Both the position numbers and the translations under genes were made by a program. The notes beneath the pieces were generated by a model. The model searched no databases. It saw only the letters and a program-made list of their open reading frames with translations, and had not been told where the DNA came from. Below, piece by piece: positions 1-12,609 of a DNA stretch of 64,000 nucleotides (the stretch's first letter is position 1; each line of letters begins with the position of its first letter). This DNA is from Hyphochytrium catenoides (taxonomy: Eukaryota > Protista > Hyphochytriomycota), in the NCBI GenBank assembly GCA_900088475.1, contig FLMG01004130.1, positions 38,908 to 102,907 of the forward strand, given 5' to 3'.

Positions 1-439
1 AATAAGCCGACTTTTCTGCAAAGTCATCGCTACGTCCCGCAGCCTGAAGGCTATGGTTGGGCGAGAGTCAGAATAAGAGAGAGGCCCACCAAAAGTCTTC
101 TCCTTTAAGCCTTTGAGCAGAGCAGCTGCTCGTCCTGGTTGACTAGAGTTCTATCGAGAGTGCAAGGAAAGAGAGAGACTAGGGAGAAACAGAGAGAGAT
201 ATTGAACAGAGACGGCGGGAGGCTAGTCCGGGGCCCAATGGCAAAAGGTGATGTCAAGCAAAGGCCTCACGGCTGAGCCTCCTGAGTGAGAGGAGCACAG
301 GGAGAAGTTACACCAGATCCGCCTCTCCCACGAACTGTCAGCGCTAGAGGAGGAAGCAGAGGGGCAAAGCAGCAGCAGGAGCCCGGCCCAAACAGAGCTA
401 GGGCGAACAGAGTGAGAGAGAGAGAGAGATTTAGAAAGG

Positions 440-3400
440 ATGAAGTCTCTCTTCAAGATTGACAGCGCTTATCACAGCTGGGGAGATGTCATCCTCGCCT
501 GGCAGCCTCAAGGTAACTACCTGGCCACAGCTGGCCGCAACTGCATCGTCCACATCTTTGGCCGAGTAGGCGATGCAGTGGATGAGATCGCCGTTGAGCA
601 GTCTGGGCCAGTGCTAGCGTTAGAATGGGACGCCGAGGGGTCGTCCTTGGCCATCCTGCAGCAAGGTAGCGGCGTGATTAAGATCTGGGAGAGCGCAGGA
701 CGGAGTGTAACAGATCTGGAGACGAATCTTAAGGATCCAACCTTCATCCGCTGGTCCATCCGCGGCCTGCTACTGGCCATTGGGACGGCCAAGGGCAACC
801 TTCTCATCTATAATCATAAGAACCGGAAGAAGATCCCCATCATGGGCAAGCATCCTAAGAAGATAACCGGAGGCGCCTGGACGCCCAACAACCAGCTTGT
901 CCTCGTCTCTGAGGACCGAACGCTGACGCTGAGCAATGCTGAGGGATCCACGCTCCATCAGACCCTCCTGGAGCAGATCCCGCTTGATGTTCGATGTGGA
1001 GCCTACACGATCGGTCAGGACGGAAAATCGACAACGGATTGCTTGGTGGCTATTAACCTAGGCCGGAAGTCCGTGTTTCTCTTCGAGCCAGCGAACATTG
1101 ATAACTCGGTGGAGCTGGCGTTCAATGACGGCTACGGGCACATCATAGATCACCGCTGGTTTGGCGATGGGCAGCTGCTGGTTGCGTTCTCTCTGGGATA
1201 CATCGTAGCAGCCTCTACGAAGCCTAATGAGATAGGACAAGAGAGGTTCTCCGGCCAGTTCTTTGCTTTGAAGCTCATCCGCATCGCTTTCTCAGCTGTC
1301 GCTAACAGGCTTGCAATCTATGGAGACTCCGGGATCAAGATTGTCGACATCACGGACTGGAAAGAGAGACAATCGGACGGGATCTCCATGAAAGAAAACG
1401 AGGAGAATGAGCTCTGTCTCTTGGAATACTCTCACGACGGACAGATATTCTCTGTCGCCAGCACGCATGGTATCGTTCAGAACTATCTGGCCTCGATGCC
1501 CAGCATCACTGCTTGCTATATGAAGACCATGGCCCTGCTGTCCTCCCTGAAGGAAGTCTCGGTACTGGATGCAGTCGAGCATGGCGTTCTCTACTCTGTC
1601 ACAGTCGACATAGAGCCAGCTTTCATCGCCCTTGGGCCCAAGCACGTCGCGGTAGGGATGAACAATCGCGTGTGGTTCTACCGCTTGACGGGGAAGAAAG
1701 GCGAGCTCATCAATGAACAAGAATATATGGGAAATGTGTCAGAGGTGCGCCTGAGCGCCGAGTGGGCCGCTGTGGCTTGTGAAGGGAAGATAACGCTGCA
1801 TCCAATAGAAAGACAGGCAAAGCTAGAACAGCAGAGGAAGGTTCTCCCCGACAGGGAAGAGGTGACAGCTACCTCGCTTGCCCTCGTCAATGACTTTCTC
1901 ATCTTTGGCACCAATCGCGGCATCATAGAGTACTTCTCTCTCGCTGACTGGGCCTCTCTACCGAGTTGTGAGCTCAGACACGGAGAACCCATCCGCTCTA
2001 TCTTTCCCAACCACATCGGCACTCGCGTTTGCTTCATTGACACGACGGGTCACGGATTTCTCTATAACCCGATAACAGCTCAAACGGTAGAGATTCCAGA
2101 CTTCTCTCGCACTTTCACGCTGCTTCTTTGGGACCATGCCGCACCGAACATCTTCGCTGCCGCCTCTAAAGATGAGTTCGCGCTGTACATGTGCGCTCCG
2201 ACAATAAGAGGCACACAGGTGATAAGGCTAGGAGAGATGACGGTGGAAGACAGTGGAGACGTGAAGGTGGATGCTCTGGCTACTAAGCTAGAGGGCGGCG
2301 GGACGCCAATGCTGCTTAACAATGGCACCCTGACCTGCCATAAGTCTGACTCTTCGCTCCTCATTGCTCCTTCGGTCACTCATGTGCACCTAGAAGTTCA
2401 AGGCAAGCTCAGCGAGGAGAAACAGCTTCAAGCCTTTGGACAGAACCTTCACCTTCTGCAATGGGAGAAATGCTGGGATCTGGCTCTCTCCCTCAAGAAC
2501 AGGGGTCTCTGGCTCGCTCTCGGAGACCAGGCAATGCATCATCTTGACCTGGATATTGCTATTAGAGTCTATAGACACCTGGCCGATGCGGGGATGGTCT
2601 TTGCTCTTGAGAAGATTGCACAGTTGGAAGAGAAGAACCTCGTGGCCGGTCACATGGCCGTTCTCTTTGACAATTACTCTCTGGCTCAAGATCTCTTCCT
2701 ACAGTCTACCAAGCCAATAACGGCGTTGAAGATGAGGAGAGACCTCATGCACTGGGACCAAGCGCTGAAGCTAGCACGCACCCTCGCGCCCCAAATGATC
2801 CCGGAGCTCTCAGTAGAGTATGCCCAACAACTAGAGTTCAAGGGAGATTACCAGCTAGGTCTTAGAATGTACGAGAACGGTGCTGCAGGGATAGACAACG
2901 ACACAGGGGAGGCTCTAGGCCTCACAGAGCAGCAGAAGAACCTCTGCACTGCAGGAATAGCCCGCTGCAGTATCCGTCTGGGAGATGTAAGAAGAGGGTT
3001 CTCTGTCGCCGCTGAGAGTAAGAACAAACCTCTTTGCAAAGAGTGCGGGGTGATCCTTGAGAGTATGAAGCAGTACCAAGAAGCGGCAGCAATGTTTGAG
3101 CTTGCAGGGGAGACAGAGAAGGCTGCCGCGCTGTACATCCAGCTCAAGAACATTGCAAAAGCCGCTCCTCTGATGGAAAGCATCACGACGCCCCGCCTGC
3201 AGGTGCAGTTTGCCCGCTTAAGAGAAAATGCAGGGGATTATAAGGCTGCGGCGCGGTCGTATGAGCTCGCGAAGGATGTGGAGAACGTCGTCAGATTGCT
3301 GCTGGAGCACCTCAATGATCCCATCAGAGCCTGCCAGATAGTGCAGGAAACACGGAGTAGTGAGGGTGCGAAGCTTGTGGTCTCTCATTGTAAGGCGCAG

Positions 3401-6282
3401 AAAGACTTCAAGGGCGCTATCAAGTTCTTGTTGCTGTCCAAGCAGACAGAAGAGGCCTTCACGCTGGCACAGACCCATAATGAGATGGAGAGCTTTGCGC
3501 AGGTACTCATGGACTTTCTTCCTCTCATCTCTCGCTCTTTTCTCCAAGATTTTTGGACTCTATCTCAAAGGCGTTCTGCCTGCTCTCAGCTCGTTAACCT
3601 TGGCCTTTTCCTTGCTCCTGAAGCGTTCTTCTCTCTGTCCAAGTTGAGATGGAGGCTGGTAGCCTCAGTCTTAATCTTTCTCGTCCTAGTGGTAACTCAG
3701 AGACACTCCTTCTCGCGCTTCGAGCCTGGCCCGACCTTCTACTCCTTCAGACCCAATATCTCCACCATGGCTTTTGTCTCTTGTTTGGCTTCTGCTGACC
3801 CTCTTGTCCGCTGGAACCCATCATTTTATTCCTGTCTCTCTCTCTTCCGGAACGACAATCGATCTGTCCAGTTCTTGGGCGATGCGATCACGCCTGAGCA
3901 AGCGTTGAAAGTGGCTTATCACTTTGAGCAACATCAGATCTTTGCAAAGGCGGCAGACTTCTATGCGATATGCGGCCAGTACTCGAAGGCTCTGAAGCTC
4001 TACCTGCAGTGCGGCGACAAGGAGATGAACAAAGCGATCGACGTCGTCGGGAAGGCGCGACAAGACATCTTGACCCACACTTTGGTGGACTATCTCATGG
4101 GAGAAGTTGACGGGATCCCGAAGGATCCACATTATATCTTCAGACTCTACATGGTGAGTGCGCCAACGGGTTAGCTCTCTCTCTCTCTTGTGTCTGCACG
4201 GCACACATGTCTTCTCATTTTCCTGACCCTTTTTCTTCAAGTCTTTCCCTGTTTGACGCGGCTGTGGTCTCCTCTTCCAGGCCCTCGGAAACCATTCTCA
4301 GGCCGCCAAGACTGCGATAATCATCTCAAAGCAAGAGCAAGAGCTTGGGAACTACAAGGCAAGGAGTAGCTCCCCATCGATGAGTTAGCTTCATCGTCCT
4401 ACCTTCTCTGTGTCGGGCACTAATCTCTCACTATACGTCAAAAGCTATTGGGCTCTAATCTGCCAGGACCTTGCACTCTTATTGTCCCTCTGTTATTGTG
4501 GTACGGGGCACTGTCAACGACTGATCTGCGCTGCTTCCCCCTCTCACGTCCACACATTTTGACCTGTGACCGCTTCTTTAGCTAACTAGTGGCATCCTTC
4601 TCTCAGGCCGCGCACTACATTCTTTATGAGACACACAAAGAGCTCCTTGCGCACAATCTTAAAGTGCCTCAAGTCCTAAGAAAGTCTCTGACTCTTCTGC
4701 ACTCGTACGTGCTGGTGAAGAAGCTGGTGAAGGCTGAAGACCACGTACAGGCTGCGCGGCTCCTGTGCCGAGTGGCGCATAATATTAGCAAGTTCCCTCA
4801 GCACGTGGTTCCTATCCTTACCTCAGCCGTCATTGAGTGCCAGAGAGCAGGTTTAAAGAGTAAGGCCTATGAGTTCGCGCTGTTGCTGATGAGGCCAGAG
4901 CATAGACCGAAGGTGAGGGTCAGACATGCTGCATCTTTTCTCTCCTTTTGCCTCTCTCTTTTTCTCTTTTCTCTCACTCTAGCTCTTGTCTCTCTTGCCA
5001 GTCGTGCTCTGACTTTCTTCTCTGTGCCGTTTGGGGCACAGAGCTAGTCCACTTCTCTAAGGAGCTGCTCTCTGTGTATAGCAGATCCTTATTTTCCTTC
5101 TTCATTTCCACGACCTCGTTTCTCAGTATCTCTCTTACTGGCCTGCTTACCTTCCCTTTCACTTGTGACCCTCAGATTGATGCCAAGTACAAGCGGAAGA
5201 TAGAGGCAATGGTCCGGCGGCCAGCGCGAGGAGAGGACACGGAAGAGTCGATGAGCCCCTGTCCGTATTGCGGCGCCAGCATTCCTCAGAACGACTTGGA
5301 CTGTTCAAACTGCAAGAACAGCCTTCCCTTCTGCATAGTCACGGTAAGTCGTGAGGCAGGACAGAAAGCTTGCGAGGGAGTGGTACACAGAGAGAGAGAG
5401 AGGGGGCCGAAGCAGACAGAGAGAGAGACAGAAAGAAACTCAGAGGCAGAGAGGACTGAGAGATAGAGAAAGAGAGAGCAAACAGAAAGGAAGAAATAGA
5501 GAGGGAGGGAGGGGGACGGAGGAGGTGAGAGAAGAGAGAGGGAGAGACAGGGGTGGGGGTGAAATGGGAAACAGAGAGGGAACCGAACAAGCGGACAGAA
5601 AGGAGAGAGAGGAACGTGTGAGATGTAGCCAAGCAAAGGAGGGATAGAGTCGCTGCTCAGATACAATGTGTGGCTCTCTGGGTATACAGTCACCGCCGCG
5701 AAGCGGTTTCCGCTAGTGGCCTGAACTATTCACTGCAAGGCAGAACTCAAACGGATTCATCTCTAAGGATGTCTGTCTTCTCTCTCCTTTCTGCTCTCAG
5801 GGCCAGCACATGGTGCGGGACGATTGGTCTTGCTGTCCGAACTGCACCTTTCCCGCCATCTATTCAGCTCTAGTGAACTATGTGAAGGTCGATCCTGGTA
5901 TGCCGCTGCCTTCCTCAAACTCCAAGCTTCCTCCTAGGTCCTTGTCCTGCTCTCAGTCAAGAGTCAGTACATTGGGCGTTTACTTCTTCCACTCTTCCCT
6001 CTCTCTCGTTTCTCCTTTCCAACTCTATGTTCTCCTTTCTCCTTAGTAGACTTCTATCTTCTACTGCCCCGTCGGTTGATTTGGCCTCACATGTCCTGCC
6101 TGATCCCTCTATCCTCTGCGTGCTGGGGCTAAACTCTCCTTTCAGTGTGTCCTTTGTGCGAGAAGGCTGTCAACCCTGAGTTCATCAAGAAGATTGATGA
6201 TCCGACCCAGTATCTCAGCGGCAGCAAGGAGAAAGACGAACCCGACCCCAAGGATGAGGAGGTGCCAGAGGCTAGCTCCTAA
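440..6282 (+). CDS. WDR19: WD repeat-containing protein 19 / intraflagellar transport protein 144 (IFT-A complex); exons 440-3502, 3872-4153, 4281-4358, 4607-4912, 5176-5343, 5801-5897, 6146-6282
   Basis: N-terminal WD40 region (GTAKGNLLIYNHKNRKKIPIMGKHPKKITGGAW), TPR/solenoid (ALKMRRDLMHWDQALKLA; IPKDPHYIFRLYM|ALG; NISKFPQHVVPILTSAVIECQRAGLK), C-terminal Zn-binding CPYC..CSNC..PFCIVTGQHM..CPNC..CPLC. All exon joins keep frame; stop TAA 6280-6282. Confidence 0.96.
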
Positions 6283-6881
6283 CAAATCGCTTCCGTCTCT
6301 CCCTCCCTCCCTAACCTTAATATTATAATGCACAAATGCTGCTCCTCTGTTTCATGGGTAAAACGATAGAGGTGTGTCTCTCACTTGGTCAAAGCTATGC
6401 CGCTCATCCCTCCAGACCAGCTTCCCTTGCTAAGCTTTCTAGACAAACCCGTTGTCCTAGACCGCTCTCAGATGGCTTGAGGAGCTTTCTGCTCGCCTGC
6501 TCGGTCGGGGCATAGAGTAGCGTCTCTCTCTCTCTTTCTCTCCCCACGTTTTTCTCTCTCCGCTGACTTATAAGCATGGGGCGATGGAGGAGAAAAGGGA
6601 TTGACATGCCTCGTGACGGGCTCCAAGATGACTGGGTTAACCTTCCTTACCGTGCCCTCAGCGGCCCCACATCTTCTATGGGATCTACCTCTCATGTCTT
6701 CTATTTATCTAGTCTCTCTCTACCACTCCATTTCCAAACTAACCGCGGATGTCTTTCTCTCCTACACGTGTCCCAACGGCGCTATCTGTCGCCTCCGAGT
6801 CTCGATTGCCCAGAGGTGCATCTTAGTGGGCAAAATAAATAAGGAATAAGTTAAGAGAAGGGCCAGAGCTGAATCTGACCC

Positions 6882-9800
6882 TTAGGCCATCACGGGCAAT
6901 GCTTCGTCTTGCCCCGTCCCTCCTTGCTGGACGATAAGCCGTTGTAGGGAAGAAGCAACCCGTCGCATCGCCCGGATCTGCGAAAGAGGATCCTGCACCT
7001 CTGATGTACGCTTCAGCTCCTGAAATTGAAAAGCCACCAGAAGGAGGATGAGTGTTAGGCGTCTTCCAAGGTATGTGGAGAGAGTCTGAGGATTGGATTG
7101 GAAACGGACAAACAAAAAAAGTAGTTGGGTAAGCGAGAAATGCTATCAATGGGCCGGAGAGTACGCAGGAGATGGGCGAGAGAGAGAGGAAAAGGCCTCG
7201 AAAGCGTGAGACGCTAACCTCTGAGAGCTGCTTTATCTGGCCCGGGACATCCCAAAGGAAGAAAGAGGTCAAATCCATAGAAGCCATATCAAGCTCCTGA
7301 AGCACTTGACCAGCACTGGGCCTGGCATTGTAGCGGAGAAGAGAGGAGAGGAGAAGGCATAGACGCTACTAAGTCACGTTTTAAAGCTGTAGAAAGGACA
7401 TATAACGAGCAGAAGTATTCTGTAGATGCTCTGGGGCTTCAAGGTGGGCATCGGGAAACAGAGCAACTGCAAGATTAGCAGATAAAATGTGGATTCCTTA
7501 CCGATCTAGCGGGTCCGGCGCGCTCATACTCAGCATCAGAGCCGTCTCCGCAGGATATCGACGACTGAGCTTCTGTGGGATAATTCCATGCCTGCAGTGC
7601 CAAGAGCTGAGCGCTTAGCGAAAAAATTCGGGAGGCAATGGAGATGCAAGGAGGCAGAAACTGACGAACTTGGTAGTGTTGAGGGAAAAGAGTAGGCGAT
7701 AGAGAGACAGCTTTGGCACTGCATAGCAAGAGGGAAGAGACACTGACCTTACTCCCATTAAGACCTGGACTCTCTCCATCATAGTGGTGAAAGGACAACA
7801 GAGCTCCAGGAGAATCACGCCTAACGCAAAGATGTCCGACTACCGAGCCCATGATGCCATAGAAGAGCAGTGTGAGAGACTGGTAGGGAGTGCTAACTGC
7901 GAAAACTAGCCTAATAATGAGATGAATGGAGAAGATTTATAGGATAAAGAAGGAGGAAGCAAGGAGCGAAAGCAAAACGCAATGAAAGATTATTGTCCCA
8001 CCTTCTGCGCAAACTCGACTGGGTCCAGCACTACTCTTGGCCTTTTTCTGCTTCCCAGTTGCTCAGGAGAAGCGTATAAGTACGTTCCTAGCTCTGTTGT
8101 CTGTGTCGTGGCTGGGGGCGAAGGGTCCTCTCCTTCCTTCCCTGAAGCCTTCGGGCCTAGAGCCACAGAGGACGATACCTCATTAAGATCTTTGGCCAAG
8201 CCAAAATCACCAATGATTGCCCTGTTGCCCTGCGATGATCGTACCAGAGGATATGTTAAAAAACAGAGAAGACAAGGTAGTAGGGAGGAGGATTGGACGA
8301 AGCACGAACGAAGACATTAGCAGATAAGAAGAGAGCAAGGGCTGAACAAGGAGTGAGCAAGGACGGCCAGCGCCTGCCAGTCACAAGAGAAAAGAGGGAA
8401 TCCTAGCAGCGCTTCCATATCTTTAAACGGTACCTGAAGGAAGACATTATCTGGCTTCAAATCCCGGTGTACTATCCCCGCGCCATGGATGTGATGCACA
8501 CCTAAATTGGACAGTCACGAGTATCAGCTACGCCGAACAGAAGCACGTGGAGATCCAAGGCGTACATGTAGGCGAGAAGCCGGCACGCAGAGAACAAGGT
8601 CCAGGGCGACCGGGAAAGAATTTCTTTACACCTCAGACAAGGGAAAAAAGCGAAGACAAAGGACTAGAAAGAGGGGGTTGACGAGCAAGGGTGAAGGAGA
8701 GAATGGATGGCTCGTTTCAAAAACCGTAAAGAGTCACACCTTGACAGATTTGTCTGAATAGCGCCATGGCTTCTGAATGCGTCTCTTGCTGGAAATGCTC
8801 CTCTCTCCCTCTCGCGGTATTCCAGCGTCCAAGGTGCGAGGTCAGAGTGATGTCAACGTCGTGCTTGGGATCCTGCACTAGCTCCATTTGCACGAACAGT
8901 CTCAGATTCTCTCCTGCCAAATGACTCTGCTTTTCCATCCCTTCCCTAGTGCTCTCTCTTGCGGCAATTGAGGCAGACGATGTGGCCCTGGAGCTCTCGT
9001 TGACCGAATACTGGGCAGGAGTGTATGAAGATTGGGACGAAGAGACAGAGAGCAACGTTCTCCCACTCCTGACCTCATCTTCAGTGAGAAGGAGAGATGA
9101 GGAAGAGGTCGAAGAAGGGAGAGACGAGAGAGCCGGGTATGCTGGGTCCTTCTCAATCCAAGCTGCGTGATATCTCAGTATATTGCGGTGCGGAGGGATG
9201 CGAGCCATGGCCTGAACCTCTCTTAGCACCTTCGGAAGCCATTCGGCGGTTGCGTTCGAGGCGAGGACGATGTACAATGACACCGACAAATGAGATGGAG
9301 GAATGACGTGCGAGGAGAAAAAGAAATGGAGGGAGAAAGAGAGGCAAAGACCCGAGAGAGAAAAGAGAGAGAGAAGATCGTCAGATTCTACAAGGAAGGA
9401 AAGGGAGAAAGACCATGAAAATCGAAGAAGCAGATGTAGCTCGAAGGGTCACCTTTTTGAGTCCTGCAGCAAGCGACTTGTTCGACGATCTGTGACTGTT
9501 GTTGCAGGGGATAATCACTTTCTTCATCGCGTAGGACTGGCCATCCCAGCGGTTGACAGCTTCAAATACCTTGCCTTGTCCTCCGGATCCTGTCAAACAA
9601 CGAATAAGGTATAGCAGACGAGAGGACGAATGAGCGGCAAGGGCAGGACAGAGGTTACAAAAGTATTGCGTCATGACAAAAGGCTCATTTTAGACGTGAG
9701 AGGGCACCGACTCATAGCATTGGAAGGCGAGAGAGACGGAGAAAGAAGAGAGATAGACCCAACGCAAAAGATCTAGAGACAGAGCGCAGAGATAAGCAAC

Positions 9801-10420
9801 CCCAGAGATAGAGGGAGGGTAGTATGGAGACACCAGGCATCCCAGGAGGTGTATAAGGTCAGCTCGTGAGAGAATTGGAAGAGAAAGAGAGAGAAAATGA
9901 GACTAACCAATTTGCCTGATCTCTTCGAAGTCTCGCTCATAGCGCGACGTGCTTGCCAGCGCAGATAAACTGGAGACTGCGTCTACCCTATCTTCTCTGT
10001 CCGTAGCCAACGCTGTCCCATCGGTCTTCTGCTCTCTTCTCCCCCTAACACCTGATAGTGTTTCTCTCTTTCCTTCTGTATCGTTCTTCCTTTGTCCGTC
10101 ATCCTTAGTCTCCTTGTCCTGCCTATGCTCCTCTCTATCTCTCTCTTCACCCGGTTGAACCCGAGCCTGTTCTAATCTTAGCCGTGATTGCAGGGAGAGA
10201 GAGAGAGATGAACCTGCAGCGTTCTTCCGGCCTCTGCCTTCTGCTAACCTGTCTCGCTCTTCTTTCTGAGGAGAAGGACGAGCAGAAACTGCTCCCTTCT
10301 TCCCAGACGATGACTCTTCGCTTGCTGCTGAGGAGACAAAGTAACCGATAAAAGGATTTCTCTTGTCCACCAGTGACGATGCCTCGCCCTCGACCACGAC
10401 ATGCTTGCCCGTCACCGCGT
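6882..10420 (-). CDS. eIF2-alpha kinase family Ser/Thr kinase (HRI/PK4/PERK-like); 5' end unresolved; exons 10420-9908, 9589-9453, 9229-8740, 8501-8434, 8229-8002, 7839-7748, 7591-7502, 7321-7219, 7019-6882
   Basis: SRYERDFEEIRQIGSGGQGKVFEAVNRWDGQSYAMKKV; VLREVQAMARI..HRNILRYHAAWIE, then Ser-rich kinase insert and LFVQMEL; IVHRDLKPDNVFL; IGDFGLAK; GTYLYASPEQL; KSDIFALGVILLELCCPFTTMMERVQVL. These are eIF2AK family signatures. GT-AG joins keep frame. Confidence 0.9.
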
Positions 10421-10839
10421 CTGGGTTAGAGGTATGTGAGCATGTGCGTGTGTGATTGAGAGAGGGAGAGAGAAAGAGAGAGAAAGAAAGAAGTGGAGCA
10501 GCCGGCACAGGCGGCCAAGTAGAAAGACAAAGCGATTTTAACAGCAAAGAACAAAGCCTCATCGCGGCGCCCGCGCCGAAGAGAGAAAAAAAGAGAGGGA
10601 GAGAATAAGAAAGAGAGGGCAAGACACTGAATCTCAAAAGTCCGGAAGAGGCAGAAAGGAAAGAAGGAGAAATCTCAAGGGAAGGAAGAAGAGGACCCAT
10701 GGGACGTACCTAGGAGCAGCGACACGACCAGAGGAGAGGGAGACACCTGATACCCTGAGGCGCCTATCCAAAGGAAGCCAACAAAGAGTGCGGCATTCCA
10801 TCCAGAACGAGAGACACAAGAGTGTGTGTGTGAGTGAAA

Positions 10840-10849
<10 letters not shown>

Positions 10850-10893
<44 letters not shown>

Positions 10894-11799
10894 GGGTGGG
10901 AATAAGAAAAAAGAGGAGACACGGAGTTGGTTAGAAAGAAAGAGAGCAAAGGAACAGCGCCACAAGAACGAAGACTTGTCTCCGGCTGGTCAAACCTCTA
11001 TCTCGTTAACTTCCGCTGACTTTCTAGATCTACTACCACCTTTGCCGCCGTGTGTCTACCTGGCCGTCTCTTCCTTGCGCTCTCACTCACTCTATCGCTT
11101 TCTTTCTCTTTCTCTCTCTCTCTGTGTCTGGCTGCGTTTACCTTCTTTCCCATGCCGGAGCCCTCTCTTTCCTCCAGGGACCTGAGAATCTTCAAAAAGA
11201 TCGCCGATGAATGGACTGGCCAAGTTCTTGAATCTCTCCGCCCCGACCACCACCATCGGCTGGTTAGCCAAAGACTTCACAATGCCCGCGGACTGCATGG
11301 CTCCAGAAACAGCAGAGAGAGAGGAAGAGAGAGAGAGAGAGAGATGGGGGGAGAGAGGGAGGAACGCGGCAGCAATTGTGCTGAAAGGTGCTGGTTCCTC
11401 TGAGTCTAGGTCCTATGCGGCGAAGAGCGAAGCAAGGGAAGAGCCTTCTCGAATCATCGCCACTCCCTGCAGTAACAGGANNNNNNNNNNNNNNNNNNNN
11501 NNNNNNNNNNNNNNNNNNNNNNNNNNNNNNNNNNNNNNNNNNNNNNNNNNNNNNNNAAAAGAGAAGAGAGAGGGAGAGGGCAAGAAAGAGGTGATGAAAG
11601 AGAAAGGAAGGATCCGGCTTCGGAGAGCGGAAGATCGAATCCTGCAATAGAGGCCTTTAGATCTTTCTTCCTCCTTTCTCTCCTGTCTTTCTCTCTCTCC
11701 TTTTTGATGAGAGTCCGTGAAGCTTGGCGTGTTCTGAAAGTTCAAGCTCTGGTTCATCCTTTTCACATCTTCACAGCCACGTGCCTCTCTCTCTCTCCT

Positions 11800-11843
<44 letters not shown>

Positions 11844-11845
11844 CG

Positions 11846-11892
<47 letters not shown>

Positions 11893-12359
11893 ATTCTTTG
11901 AGTGATTGTCGTTTTGCATTTCTTTATCAGCTTCCCGTCTCTCTGTCTCCCAATGTTCTACCGCTTCTACCTCGCTCTCCCCTCATCTGTCTCTTGCTGT
12001 TGCACTCTCTGTCTTGCTGTTTTCAGTCTCTTAACCGTCCAACTCCTTCTCTCTCTCGTTCTTATCTCTCTCTCTCCCCTCGCTCTGTCTTGTGTTATGA
12101 GAATGATCAGAATCAGCGACAGTGAGACATACGATCCTGAATAATGCCATTTCAAGTTCAACTTGTACCATAATACATAACGCTGGATTCCAGATCCATT
12201 AGCTCAGAGGGATTCTTATGGTTGGAAGAGGCAGACGAAGAGACAGAAAGAGACAGAAAGGCTTTGAAGACTTTATCGGCTGTCGTGAACAGTGAGATGG
12301 GGGTCTGGAGAGAGAGAGAGAGAGAGAGAGACACAGGGAGAGAGCGAGAGAGAGACAGG

Positions 12360-12392
<33 letters not shown>

Positions 12393-12545
12393 CGAGAGCG
12401 GGTGAGAGAGAGAGAGAGGAGCGAGCGAGAGGAGAGAGGGAGAGAGAAAGAGAGCGAGAGAGAGAGAGAGAGAGAAACAGAGGAGGAGAAGGAAGAACAG
12501 AGGTAGAGAAAGGGCAAAAGAGAGAGCGGGAGAGAGAGAAAAGAA
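10850..12545. repeat. long (GA)n/(CT)n microsatellite blocks in the eIF2AK-ADAT1 divergent interval (representative of window-wide GA/CT repeats)
   Basis: (GA)n at ~10850-10890 and ~12308-12540, (CT)n at ~11785-11893. Similar blocks at 26780-27065, 32200-32720, 57140-57190 and in most introns. Confidence 0.95.
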
Positions 12546-12609
12546 AACGCACAGATGGAGGAAGCAGGAGGGTGATAACTACAGTGTCGCACTGTCTTAT
12601 TCCTCCAGC

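Noticed and set aside
440-4174. The 1244-aa ORF as a complete single-exon protein
   Set aside because: It reads through a 369-nt intron and runs into the next intron; WDR19 homology continues in five further exons to 6282.
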